Shown here in pieces: positions 1 to 9,314 of a stretch of 64,000 nucleotides of DNA. Origin of the DNA: an uncultured cyanobacterium. GTDB lineage: Bacteria > Cyanobacteriota > Vampirovibrionia > Vampirovibrionales > JAGQHJ01. Every line of letters starts with the position of its first letter. Within the stretch, counting starts at the first letter, position 1. The translations under genes and the position numbers were made by a program. Location of the stretch: positions 8,095 through 72,094 of the forward strand of contig CALAJO010000006.1 of the NCBI GenBank assembly GCA_937922745.1, written 5' to 3'. Below the pieces are notes generated by a model, which worked only from the letters and a program-made list of their open reading frames with translations, was not told the origin of the DNA and made no database searches.

Positions 1-695
1 GGGATGGGGAAGTGGCCTTGTCCGATCAGCAGGAAGAAAAGCGGGGCCGGCGTCAGCGTATTACGGATGCCGATGCGCCGGATCTCCAGGGAATTGATAA
101 GCGGCTGCTGGAGCTGCTTCGCGGCCTGCGGCGCAACCTGGCCCGTGAGCGCAACGTCCCGCCCTATATCATCTTTAGCGATGTGACGTTGAGGGAAATG
201 GCAGCATATAAACCCCGCACGCTTTACGGATTCAGGAATATCCGAGGCATTGGGCAGCGCAAGCTGGAAGACCTGTGCCCGATGTTTCTTGAAGTGATCA
301 ATGACTACGAAGAGGCTGCGGGGAATCTTACAGGGCAAGTGGAACCGATCGAGCCGCCCTCCCGTTCCCAACGCCGGAGATCCTCCAAAATGGACACGAT
401 GGAAGAGGCATTTCGCATGTTTGCCGATGGCGCGTCGATAGAAGATGTCGTCTACCGCACGGGCCGCGCTGCAACAACGGTAACCAAGTACGCTTGTGAT
501 TACATTGCCGAGAATGGCATCGCCGAACCCGGTGAGTGGGTGGGGCCTTCCACGTTTGAGAGGGCTTGTGAGGCTTTTGAGGCCCTTGGCACGGAGCGGC
601 TTCGGCCAATATTTGATTACCTGGGCGGAGACGTCCATTACGATGAGATTGCGCTGTGCCGGGCGTTATATAAAAATCAAATAAGCCAGGCATAG
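1..695 (+). CDS. recQ: ATP-dependent DNA helicase RecQ, C-terminal part. Holds the HRDC domain plus an extra C-terminal domain. The gene starts upstream of the window; the frame is open from nt 3.
   Basis: Translation contains the HRDC-type motif PPYIIFSDVTLREMAAYKPRTLYGFRNIRGIGQRKLEDLCPMFLEVI, typical of the RecQ C-terminus. The reading frame stays open to the window edge. Confidence 0.7.
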   Translation, partial: DGEVALSDQQEEKRGRRQRITDADAPDLQGIDKRLLELLRGLRRNLARERNVPPYIIFSDVTLREMAAYKPRTLYGFRNIRGIGQRKLEDLCPMFLEVINDYEEAAGNLTGQVEPIEPPSRSQRRRSSKMDTMEEAFRMFADGASIEDVVYRTGRAATTVTKYACDYIAENGIAEPGEWVGPSTFERACEAFEALGTERLRPIFDYLGGDVHYDEIALCRALYKNQISQA

Positions 696-923
696 CAAGT
701 CTTTTTTGCATTCCCAATGCGATAATAAAAAGTATCTTCTGCCGTGATCCGTAATTATTTATGAGTGGGTAAAGAGATTCTCAGGAAGGGTGCAGGGAGG
801 GAACGGCCCTGCTCCAACCAACAAACATTATGCAGATCTTCTCTTGCCCCAATTATCTTGCGGATCGCTTGAGAACTTATTTACCTGATAGCAGTCTATG
901 GAATGGAAGGTGTTGGACGTTAA

Positions 924-1769
924 ATGAGGTTGAATCACATGGGTGGCATTCACATTCGATTGGGGTTGGCCGGGCTTGCCCTTTCCCTTGCAGCACAAAT
1001 ACCCTCTTCTTTTGCTGACAACATGATGCCTCCACTGCCGGGCTATCCGCCGCAGGCCGTGCAACCTGCCGTTACGCCGCCTGTGTCTTACCGGCATTCG
1101 CCTCAGGTGTTTTATCCGGCAAGCCAGTATCCGCCTGCCCCTTCCCGAATTTACCAGCAGGCGCCGCAGGTTTTCCAGCCCGTATCCCTTCCGCCCGGAT
1201 CGACTATCTTGCCTTCCATCCCGATGCAAAGCGATATGAACCACCCGCTGCGGCAAAAAATTGTGGAGATTGCCCGGACCCAGCTGTGGGTGGATAAAGG
1301 GATTAACCGGAATTATGTTAACTTCGCCTTCAGCACGGGGAAGGATCAGGCATGGTGCGCGGATTTCGTGTCCACTATCCTTAAATGGTCGGTGGGTTCG
1401 CCTTGGGGGCACGAGTCCCTGGCGAACAATATCTACCTTTGGGGGCGGAATAACAACCAGTTAAGCCCCATGCCTTCCCCAGGGGATATTGTCCTGTTCC
1501 GCTATGGCCAGGGGGATGTTTCCCACGTGGCCATTGTCGAATCCGTTAACCCGGATCAGACGATTACCGCCATTGGAGGGAATGAAGGCCCTGGCAAAGG
1601 GGGCGTTGGGGCAGGCGGCATTGTGCAGCGCAGCCGCTATAAACTTTCCGATGCCAATATTGCCGGTTTCGTCTCCCCGATTCCATCCCCTTGGCCTGCC
1701 CAGGCCGCCACCCCAAACCAGCCTTCATCCGTTGGCAGCGGACCCAATATCAATCCAACCTATCGATAG
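924..1769 (+). CDS. Secreted CHAP-domain amidase/peptidase with a proline-rich linker
   Basis: N-terminal signal-like segment GLAGLALSLAAQ, a P/Q-rich low-complexity region, and a CHAP-like Cys/His core (WCADFVSTIL ... GDIVLFRYGQGDVSHVAIVE). Confidence 0.7.
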   Translation: MRLNHMGGIHIRLGLAGLALSLAAQIPSSFADNMMPPLPGYPPQAVQPAVTPPVSYRHSPQVFYPASQYPPAPSRIYQQAPQVFQPVSLPPGSTILPSIPMQSDMNHPLRQKIVEIARTQLWVDKGINRNYVNFAFSTGKDQAWCADFVSTILKWSVGSPWGHESLANNIYLWGRNNNQLSPMPSPGDIVLFRYGQGDVSHVAIVESVNPDQTITAIGGNEGPGKGGVGAGGIVQRSRYKLSDANIAGFVSPIPSPWPAQAATPNQPSSVGSGPNINPTYR

Positions 1770-1832
1770 CGCAATTTTAAAACTGGATGGTTTTTATTAT
1801 CCCACTCAACCTTAAAAGGGATATGAATACCC
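1574..1832 (+). repeat. Copy 1 of a ~260 bp duplicated segment, covering the CHAP gene 3' end plus the leader of the HEAT-repeat gene
   Basis: Near-identical to 3864..4123, about 95-97% from 1611 onward by direct comparison. Confidence 0.85.
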
Positions 1833-3758
1833 ATGCAGATCCGTCTCAATCCCGTGATGTTTCGTTCTCACATCCAAGGCACAGCACACACCAAAGCCAT
1901 AAGAGCCTCGTTCCCACCCTTGGGGGCAGACACCGTACACTTTGGACAAGGTGCGGATATATCAAGGGCTTTCCGCTATACTCCGGACGAGGAAAAAGTA
2001 ATCGCACTATTTCACCCCGGTCTCGGCTTACAGATTGGATCCATAGAACGAATACTTCCCTATCTCCCCAAAACAATTGCCGCCAAGGTTTGCCTGGAGC
2101 TTTTAAAGCCCGGTATGGCCGATGAGAAAGTAAAGGTTGCCCTAGCCGAGCATCTGGGCCAAGTTCGAGGCCAATACAATATCGATGGCATTATAAGAGT
2201 GATGACCGCTCCTGATCAGCCATTTGAAGTGCGGTTAAAAACGGCCAGCAAGGCTAATTTGATTCGGGATCCCGATTTTTATCTACAAACAGTCAGACTT
2301 TACTATGATTTGCAACCACAAAAAGTATGGTTTGGGCCTGAGGAAAGATCTGTATTCTTTGCAAGCAAGAGCCGTCCTCAATATGTCACGTTGGCGCAGA
2401 TGAGTGAGATCCTGGATTATCTTGTATATGATGAAAAGGTCCAGACTGCTGAAAAACATCAACTTGCAGCAGTGAAAGAAATTGCAGGTTTATTACCTGC
2501 ATACCCGGATAAGTTTTATCACTATGCTTCAGCATTAGCTGCTCATCCTGAAAAAAGCGTTCAACTTGCAGTTGTAAATGAATTATCCTGTTATAAATCT
2601 GCTGCTGAAGATGATCCTCAAAGCCTCCAAATGGTCGATGATCTGATTGTCTCACTCGCTACTTCTACAAGTGTTTCTAACGACGTACACGAAGCTGCGT
2701 TGCTGGAATTGGATAATCTTTCCAGCCAAGCCAGGTTGGAACAAGCACTTAGACAGATTACATCGGCCGAACCTAAGAACGTTATCTCTTCACTGGTTCG
2801 ATTTATACCGATGGTAAAACATAAAGGAACTCTCCAGCACCTTATTGGCCTGCTGGAGCCAGCCAAGCTAACTTCTGAAGCGGAGAGACACTATGCCAGC
2901 ATCGCTGTAACCATCCCCGATCGATCGCTCAGGCTAAAGGTTATCAGGCAATTGGCAAATAGTACAACGAAAGCAGCCTGTGATATTCTTGCAAATTCAA
3001 TCATCCACCGACGTGATGATCCTGACCAACCAGCAATGTTAGCCATTCTACAGGGTAAGGATGGTGCGGTATCGCCGCAGATGCAGCAATCTCTGGCAGC
3101 CAAGCTATCGCATCTCGCCCCAAACATACCCGACAGGCCTGCTCAAGGCCAATTCCTGGTGGTTATATTTAATAAATTACAGCAATCCCCCGCAGATATT
3201 GCAGCATTAGAAGCTGAGTTGCGTGAGTTACAGCTGAGTGTTCCGGAAGAAACAGAAACGGATCGTGACAGAGCTGTACAGCGGGGTTTTTTAAAGGACT
3301 TTGCATTGCGCAAGCTGCAAGAATTGGTGGAAAATAAAAGCTCAGATGATAAAGCTCGGGCCATTGCGGTAAAAACCATTCTATCTAACCTGGACACGCA
3401 ATACGACGATACGCGGGAGGTTTATTACGCTTTTGTAGAGCATTGCCTGAATGATCCCTCCCCCGAAGTTCGGAAACTCATCCCGGACAGCCTGAAAACA
3501 AAGCAGTTAAACGCAATCGATAGTCCACAATGCAAGCGGATCGTCACTCGTCTTCTAGCCGATAAGGCTGAGCCTGTTGCCCGGGAATCGTTGGACAAAC
3601 TCTGGCACTTCTTTCCTGAGGAGGAGCTGTTTGAGGCGGAATTGCACAGAATTTTTGTTAATGATCAAGAAATCCTACCTGTTATTAGGCAAAAAGCTTT
3701 TGGATGGTTAGTTCACCGTGTTTGGTCTCGAGAAAACAAACAAGCTAACTCGGTTTAG
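1833..3758 (+). CDS. HEAT/ARM-like repeat protein of unknown function, paralog A (641 aa); lower GC than its flanks
   Basis: Long uninterrupted ORF with repeated alpha-helical HEAT-like motifs such as DDTREVYYAFVEHCLNDPSPEVRKLIPDSL. Its N- and C-terminal ends resemble those of the downstream paralog. Confidence 0.6.
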   Translation: MQIRLNPVMFRSHIQGTAHTKAIRASFPPLGADTVHFGQGADISRAFRYTPDEEKVIALFHPGLGLQIGSIERILPYLPKTIAAKVCLELLKPGMADEKVKVALAEHLGQVRGQYNIDGIIRVMTAPDQPFEVRLKTASKANLIRDPDFYLQTVRLYYDLQPQKVWFGPEERSVFFASKSRPQYVTLAQMSEILDYLVYDEKVQTAEKHQLAAVKEIAGLLPAYPDKFYHYASALAAHPEKSVQLAVVNELSCYKSAAEDDPQSLQMVDDLIVSLATSTSVSNDVHEAALLELDNLSSQARLEQALRQITSAEPKNVISSLVRFIPMVKHKGTLQHLIGLLEPAKLTSEAERHYASIAVTIPDRSLRLKVIRQLANSTTKAACDILANSIIHRRDDPDQPAMLAILQGKDGAVSPQMQQSLAAKLSHLAPNIPDRPAQGQFLVVIFNKLQQSPADIAALEAELRELQLSVPEETETDRDRAVQRGFLKDFALRKLQELVENKSSDDKARAIAVKTILSNLDTQYDDTREVYYAFVEHCLNDPSPEVRKLIPDSLKTKQLNAIDSPQCKRIVTRLLADKAEPVARESLDKLWHFFPEEELFEAELHRIFVNDQEILPVIRQKAFGWLVHRVWSRENKQANSV

Positions 3759-3863
3759 ATGCGTTAGTTTTCCCAATACCTTGATATTGCAGGTTTAAAA
3801 AGCACTAATACTTCCATCGCCTTCCATTATCGGAGCGAGATAAGTTTTTCATGCTGCGGTATC

Positions 3864-4060
3864 GGTGGGAATGAAGACCTAGGCTAAGAAGGCTCCGGCG
3901 CAGGCGGCATTGTGTAGCGCAGCCGCTATAAACTTTCCGATGCCCAATATTGCCGGTTTCGTCTCCCCGATTCCATCCCCTTGGCCTGCACAGGCCGCCA
4001 CCCCAAACCAGCCTTCATCCGTTGGCAGCGGCCCCAATATCAATCCAACCTATCGATAGC
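3864..4060 (+). pseudogene. Degraded 3' fragment of a CHAP-domain gene, carried along by the tandem duplication
   Basis: Homologous to the last ~65 codons of the CHAP gene at 924..1769 but lacks its 5' part. A 1 bp indel (atgcccaatattgcc versus atgccaatattgcc) breaks the frame. Confidence 0.55.
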
Positions 4061-4123
4061 GCAATTTTAAAACTGGATGGTTTTTATTATCCCACTCAAC
4101 CTTAAAAGGGAATATTAAAACCC
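3864..4123 (+). repeat. Copy 2 of the ~260 bp duplicated segment
   Basis: Matches 1574..1832, including the identical leader cgcaattttaaaactggatggtttttattatcccactcaaccttaaaaggga immediately upstream of the ATG. Confidence 0.85.
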
Positions 4124-6040
4124 ATGCAGATCCGTTTCAATCCGGCGGCGGTTGCTCGTTCTCACTTCCAAGGCGTGCATGCCAAAACCGTAAGGGCCTC
4201 GTTCCCACCCTTGGGATTAGATACCGTGCATTTTGGCCAAACAACTGCCGTAGAGCCACGACATCAAGTTCTGAATGAAGAAGAACAGATGATTTTTCAC
4301 TTTTATCATCAGCTGGATCAGGAACAAAAAGTCACCTTTATCTCGAAAAACCTTGCTTTGCTTCCTCCTGTGCTGCAAGTCGAGATCTGTAAAGGGATTA
4401 TCATTCCGGAAGCGCCTAAGGAGCTGAAGGTGGCCTTGGCAAAAAACTTGGATGATTTTCAACGAGGAACAATGCTAAATGGGCTTCTTCGGGCATTAAT
4501 TCAACCTCAACAACCGCGAGACGTTCGGTTGCATGCAGGTAAACAAGCTGCTGTATCAACCGATCCCGACCTGTTTGTCGCTGCGGCAAAAACATATTAT
4601 GATGTAGAATTTCGTTCCGATGCTAAGGTTTCCTTCTTTTCTCCCTACTATCGCCCTCAATCCGTTACGGTCGATCATATTCGCGAAGTCATTGACCATA
4701 TGATTTTTGGAAAACATTTGGGCAGTTATATCCAACAAAATCGAGTCTGGGCTGCCGAAGAATTGAATTATTTATTGTCGGAACAGCCTGATGAGTTCCT
4801 CCGTTATGGGCTGGAACTTATCTCAGATTCCAATTTTGAAGTCCAAGAGGCCGTTGCAAAGAAAATTGAATTTTGGGGCCACATTACCAAAGGGAATGAA
4901 ACGAGCCAAGAAGCTGTTAACACACTCATCCAAAACTTAGTGGATAATACGTTATCTCCTAAGCCTTCTGCCAAAGCCCGGGAAATTGCGCTACTCAATC
5001 TTAAATTTCTTAAGGATCCTGCGAAACGTGAAAACATAATTGGCAAACTAACCCCAACGGAGTCCGAAGCGGTTATGGTTTCAGTTGCAGACTTTATGCC
5101 AGAACTCAGCCGTCTTAGCACCCAGCAACATCTTGTTCAGCTTTTAACCAGAGATCACTATACGCGTAATGCGTTAATGAAAGTTGTCACGAAGATACCG
5201 GATAAGGAATTACGTTTACAAACCATTCGCATGCTGGCTAAATTATCTATTGATACCAAGCCTATGGTAGAAGCGATTGTCGCTGAACCGCACCATCCCG
5301 ATTATCAGTTATATCTCCAGATCCTTCAAACCACAGAGGGCGAGCATGCCGTTTATGTTCTTACTCAACGGGCTCTTGCAGAAGCTCTGGCTGAGGTAGC
5401 GGTAAATAAAAAGCCGCCCGAAGACGAAGAAGGTAAATGGCTATTGGCCATCATATCAACCGTGGGCCGCTCCGAAGCCGAGATTCACGCCATTGAGGAA
5501 CAATTGCGTGAATTAAGGGAAAGGGCAAGGCAAATTGCCGATACGGATGAGGCCCGTTATGAGCAAGTTAAAAAAGGCTTTATTCGGGATTATGCGATTA
5601 AGGTGCTGCAACAATTAATGAAAAACACCGCCGCTGATTCCATAGCACGCGTTACGGCAACTAAAGCCATTTTAAAGAACCTGGATGTGAAGTATGACGA
5701 TACACGTCAAGTTTACTTTGCCTTTTTGAGAACTTGTCTCGCGGATCAGTCACCTGATATTCGCAAGCTGATAGCGGAAGACTTGGTGAAAAAGAGGCTA
5801 AATGCAGAAGAAGAGCTACGCTGTTCTGAGATTGTCGATCGTCTTCTGGGTGACAGTAACGAACAGGTTGTGATGAGTACGCTGGACAATATTAATGCAC
5901 TTTACCCTACGGCCAAGACAAGACACCAAGTTTTGTGGCGAACCTTCCAAGATGAAAGCCTGAGTATAAACCTGCGGAGCAAGGCGCTTGAACTTCGTTC
6001 GAAAAGTATACATAAGGAATATCGACAAGTGGCCAGCTAA
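4124..6040 (+). CDS. HEAT/ARM-like repeat protein of unknown function, paralog B (638 aa)
   Basis: N-terminus MQIRFNPAAVARSHFQGVHAKTVRASFPPLGLDTVHFGQ and C-terminus YDDTRQVYFAFLRTCLADQSPDIRKLI parallel those of paralog A. The middle of the protein is diverged. Confidence 0.6.
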   Translation: MQIRFNPAAVARSHFQGVHAKTVRASFPPLGLDTVHFGQTTAVEPRHQVLNEEEQMIFHFYHQLDQEQKVTFISKNLALLPPVLQVEICKGIIIPEAPKELKVALAKNLDDFQRGTMLNGLLRALIQPQQPRDVRLHAGKQAAVSTDPDLFVAAAKTYYDVEFRSDAKVSFFSPYYRPQSVTVDHIREVIDHMIFGKHLGSYIQQNRVWAAEELNYLLSEQPDEFLRYGLELISDSNFEVQEAVAKKIEFWGHITKGNETSQEAVNTLIQNLVDNTLSPKPSAKAREIALLNLKFLKDPAKRENIIGKLTPTESEAVMVSVADFMPELSRLSTQQHLVQLLTRDHYTRNALMKVVTKIPDKELRLQTIRMLAKLSIDTKPMVEAIVAEPHHPDYQLYLQILQTTEGEHAVYVLTQRALAEALAEVAVNKKPPEDEEGKWLLAIISTVGRSEAEIHAIEEQLRELRERARQIADTDEARYEQVKKGFIRDYAIKVLQQLMKNTAADSIARVTATKAILKNLDVKYDDTRQVYFAFLRTCLADQSPDIRKLIAEDLVKKRLNAEEELRCSEIVDRLLGDSNEQVVMSTLDNINALYPTAKTRHQVLWRTFQDESLSINLRSKALELRSKSIHKEYRQVAS

Positions 6041-6096
6041 CCTGGTTTCAACGCTTTTGTCTTGCCAAGTTAAATAACAGAAATAACAATTAATGG

Positions 6097-7146
6097 TTAG
6101 TTCCCGGCGAGATAGTTTTTCAGGCTGCGGATGTTACGGTTATTCCGGCACATTTTTCGGAGCTTGTTAAGGGCACGGGTTTCAATCTGCCGCACCCGTT
6201 CGCGGGATACGCCGAACAGTTGCCCGATTTCTTCCAGCGTTCGCTTATTGCCATCATTCAGGCCGAACCGGAGCTTTAGCACATCCCGCTCGCGAGGGCG
6301 AAGGGTGTTGAGTATTTTATCCAGCTCGCTCACCAGGCTTTCGTTGGAGACACGGCTGTCCGGCGACTCGATGGAGTCATCCACCAGGAAGTCGCTGATG
6401 CGGGAGGCTTCATCCTTGGTGTGCAATGGGGTTTCGATACTAATGGTGGACTGGGTGGCTTTGAGAACCAGGCGTAGTTTTGACAGGGAGATGCCAACCC
6501 GCTGGGCGAGTTCCTCTTTGGTCGGGGCGCGACCCAGTTCTACCGTTAATTCGCGGGTTACGCGCTTTAGTTTGCCAATCGTCTCAATCATATGCACCGG
6601 CAGGCGAATCGTCCTGGATTTATCCGCAATGCCGCGGGTAATGGATTGCTGGATCCACCAGGTTGCGTAAGTGGAGAATTTGAAGCCCCGGCGATAATCG
6701 AACTTCTCGGCGGCGCGAATCAGCCCCATGTTGCCTTCCTGGATCAGGTCGAGAAAGGACAAGCCCCGGCCAATGTACTTTTTAGCAATGCTCACCACCA
6801 ACCGCAAGTTGGCTTGCACCAGTTTCTGCTTGGCAAGCTCATCCCCTTCGGCGATGCGCTTGGCCAGTTCAATTTCTTCATCGGCGCTCAACAGTTTCAC
6901 CCGTCCAATCTGCTGAAGATAAATTTTTACGGAGTCATCAACGGCCGAACGCGTGGTTTCTTCCTTTACATCTGGAGAGGAATCCTCGGTTTCCTCCTCT
7001 TCTTCCTCGTAAAGCTCAACCTTGTCGTTCCCGTCATCAAAGTTAAACCCCTCGTCCTCCATATCCTCAACCATATCGTCTGCGGGCATGCTTTTTTGCG
7101 CAGGCGCAGGGAAGTCTACAGGATGTTTTCGCTTGTTAACAGCCAA
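6097..7146 (-). CDS. rpoD: Primary-like sigma-70 factor (group 1/2) with an acidic N-terminal region
   Basis: Region 2 motifs [16 protein letters not shown] and [15 protein letters not shown], and a region 4 [30 protein letters not shown]. Confidence 0.9.
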   Translation of the reverse strand: MAVNKRKHPVDFPAPAQKSMPADDMVEDMEDEGFNFDDGNDKVELYEEEEEETEDSSPDVKEETTRSAVDDSVKIYLQQIGRVKLLSADEEIELAKRIAEGDELAKQKLVQANLRLVVSIAKKYIGRGLSFLDLIQEGNMGLIRAAEKFDYRRGFKFSTYATWWIQQSITRGIADKSRTIRLPVHMIETIGKLKRVTRELTVELGRAPTKEELAQRVGISLSKLRLVLKATQSTISIETPLHTKDEASRISDFLVDDSIESPDSRVSNESLVSELDKILNTLRPRERDVLKLRFGLNDGNKRTLEEIGQLFGVSRERVRQIETRALNKLRKMCRNNRNIRSLKNYLAGN

Positions 7147-7414
7147 CTCAAAAATTCCTCTAAAACATCTTCACCTGAAAAAGTAAGTTAATTATAACAG
7201 GTTACACTCTGGCCTATTAAAGTCAAACTCCCGCTTACTCAGAGACTTTCAGACTTTCGAAACTGCTCCTCCTCCGGTCAGGGGAGTTGGATAAATTCAG
7301 TCGTCTAGGTGAGATGGATTGCCAACCCGGGTAAGTTTCCTTGCTTGTGTTCCTGCTATGGTTTACGCTTAAAGTGTCAGTTCCTCTGGATAGATGAGTG
7401 CCGTAGGGTAAAAC

Positions 7415-7957
7415 TTGATTACAATAGATGTATTAAACAGGGTTTTAGGAATGATGGGTGAGATGCAGCTTGCACAAAATTTACTAATCGTCTTTTTGAT
7501 GATGCTGATTATGCTGACCGCGATTGATCCGGCCATGGCGGTATCCAAAAAGAAAAAGAGCAAAGCCGATATCGAGGTTCAGAAACAACTCGATCCGATT
7601 GTCCAGGAGCTGACGCCGCTATCGAACAAAGGCGCGGCGCGTGGCCTGTTTTCTCCGGATGAAGTGGCCAAGGCGATGGAGTTGAAGCTCAAGCTGCTGG
7701 ACTTGATTAACGAATATCCCACCAGCCCGCTGTTGGTCAGGCCCGCTTACGAGGCCGGCCGTCTGTTCAAAGCCAGAGAGCAATATGATGATGCATTCGA
7801 CTTCTATCATTATATCGAGGCGAATTTCCCTAACAGCCCTTACGCCACCATGGCTCGTGTCGAAATCCAGCGCATGAAGCAACAACTGGGCAACAGCTAT
7901 TTTGCAGATGATACTGCGGCCCCGGCAAAAGTCCCGGCAACCACGGCAAAGCCCTAA
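7415..7957 (+). CDS. Hypothetical secreted/lipoprotein-like TPR-type protein. The true start is probably at an internal Met.
   Basis: Hydrophobic signal-like stretch LIVFLMMLIMLTAIDPAMA followed by helical repeats ending YHYIEANFPNSPYATMARVEIQRMKQQ. No specific family recognised. Confidence 0.4.
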   Translation: MITIDVLNRVLGMMGEMQLAQNLLIVFLMMLIMLTAIDPAMAVSKKKKSKADIEVQKQLDPIVQELTPLSNKGAARGLFSPDEVAKAMELKLKLLDLINEYPTSPLLVRPAYEAGRLFKAREQYDDAFDFYHYIEANFPNSPYATMARVEIQRMKQQLGNSYFADDTAAPAKVPATTAKP

Positions 7958-8002
7958 TCCTTCCGGCCTAAAGTATCCTTTGGAATTGCCGATATCCTCC
8001 GT

Positions 8003-8668
8003 ATGAAGGAAGATAAACGCATTTTTAGCAAGATGGCAAACAAACCCAGGCAAGGCTTTTCCCTGGCAGAAATGCTGGTTTCCCTGGCGCTGATGGGCGC
8101 TTTGGCTTCCATGCTCCTGCCGATGCTGACCCATAACGTGGGTAAGGATAAGCTGATGTACATGGGCAAGGATGGAGCGGCTGAGCTGGTGCAGGCTTAT
8201 GCAACCTATCTTAAGACCAACGTGCCCACGGCCAATACCTCTGCACAGGATATTATTAACAACCTCAATTACATGCGCATCATTAACAATGGCTCGCAGA
8301 CCTTACAGGTAGAGAAAGTGAACAACACGCCTGCCTATGGCTCCTGTACCAGTGGCGGCAACCCATGCACCGTGTTTACTGCCGTTTGTCGTGCCGAAAC
8401 ACCTTGCGCGCTGCTGCATAGCGGCGCCCTCATTCAGTACGATGCGAATGCAACCTTTGGCGGCAATCCACCCCGATATAACACCAACGCCCTGCGCTTC
8501 ATCCTGGATCCGGACGCGGATGGGCCGCAAACATCCGTCTCGTTTGTCCTGTTTTATAGCGGCAGGCTTAGTACCCGACCTTATGCGCAAGCCGCAGTTT
8601 TAACGAATGACGACCTTGCCAATACAACCGTTGACCCGGAATACCTGATTGAATGGACAGACGGGTAG
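8003..8668 (+). CDS. Type IV pilin / pseudopilin with a prepilin-type N-terminal cleavage and methylation motif
   Basis: QGFSLAEMLVSLALMGALA matches the class III signal peptide (G|F..E, then a hydrophobic helix). An alternative ATG lies at 8033. Confidence 0.65.
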   Translation: MKEDKRIFSKMANKPRQGFSLAEMLVSLALMGALASMLLPMLTHNVGKDKLMYMGKDGAAELVQAYATYLKTNVPTANTSAQDIINNLNYMRIINNGSQTLQVEKVNNTPAYGSCTSGGNPCTVFTAVCRAETPCALLHSGALIQYDANATFGGNPPRYNTNALRFILDPDADGPQTSVSFVLFYSGRLSTRPYAQAAVLTNDDLANTTVDPEYLIEWTDG

Positions 8669-8974
8669 GTTAATTTAGGCTTTGCCGGCAAGCATTTTGC
8701 AGAACAAGCGTTCGTTTAGTAAATTTTTTTCCTTGAGGGTTTTTCGAATAATTACATGCTCGTTTGCGGCATGGTTAGTTTCAGGGTGAAAGGAAAAAAG
8801 ATGAATATTACCGCAATTTCCCAAAACTTGGCTCGTCCAAATAACGCCACAGCTAAAAGTACCTCTAACACACGGTTTGGCATGCACTCGAGTGATAAAC
8901 AGGCTTAATCACTCCTTGCCGATACGATTCAGGATTATGAGTTTAAACTAAGCCAATCATCACGAGACAAGCTT

Positions 8975-9295
8975 GTGTATGGTTTTGGAATGGGGCGAGT
9001 TGAGGTTACCTTTGGTACGGCTGACATCCTTGATTACCAAGATGGCGTCAGGATGAAGCAATATCCCTGCCTCATCTTGGAGCAGCCTGGAATGAACAGG
9101 AAGGTGCGAATTGTAAGAGGGGGATATAGCTTTAACCCTAAGAGATATCGTTTTGAACTCCCTGGAAGTAATTTTTGGTACGCATTAGATGACGGCAATC
9201 GTGATGAAAGGGAATTAGAAGGAAAATTAAAAGAGGCCTATGCAACGATTGCTGCGAATGCACGACAGATGGGAAGAAAAGATTTTACCAATTGA
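8975..9295 (+). CDS. Hypothetical small protein in an AT-rich stretch
   Basis: ORF only. The local GC drop (8680-9300) suggests inserted DNA. Confidence 0.3.
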   Translation: MYGFGMGRVEVTFGTADILDYQDGVRMKQYPCLILEQPGMNRKVRIVRGGYSFNPKRYRFELPGSNFWYALDDGNRDERELEGKLKEAYATIAANARQMGRKDFTN

Positions 9296-9314
9296 TAATC
9301 CGATTACCAGAGGA

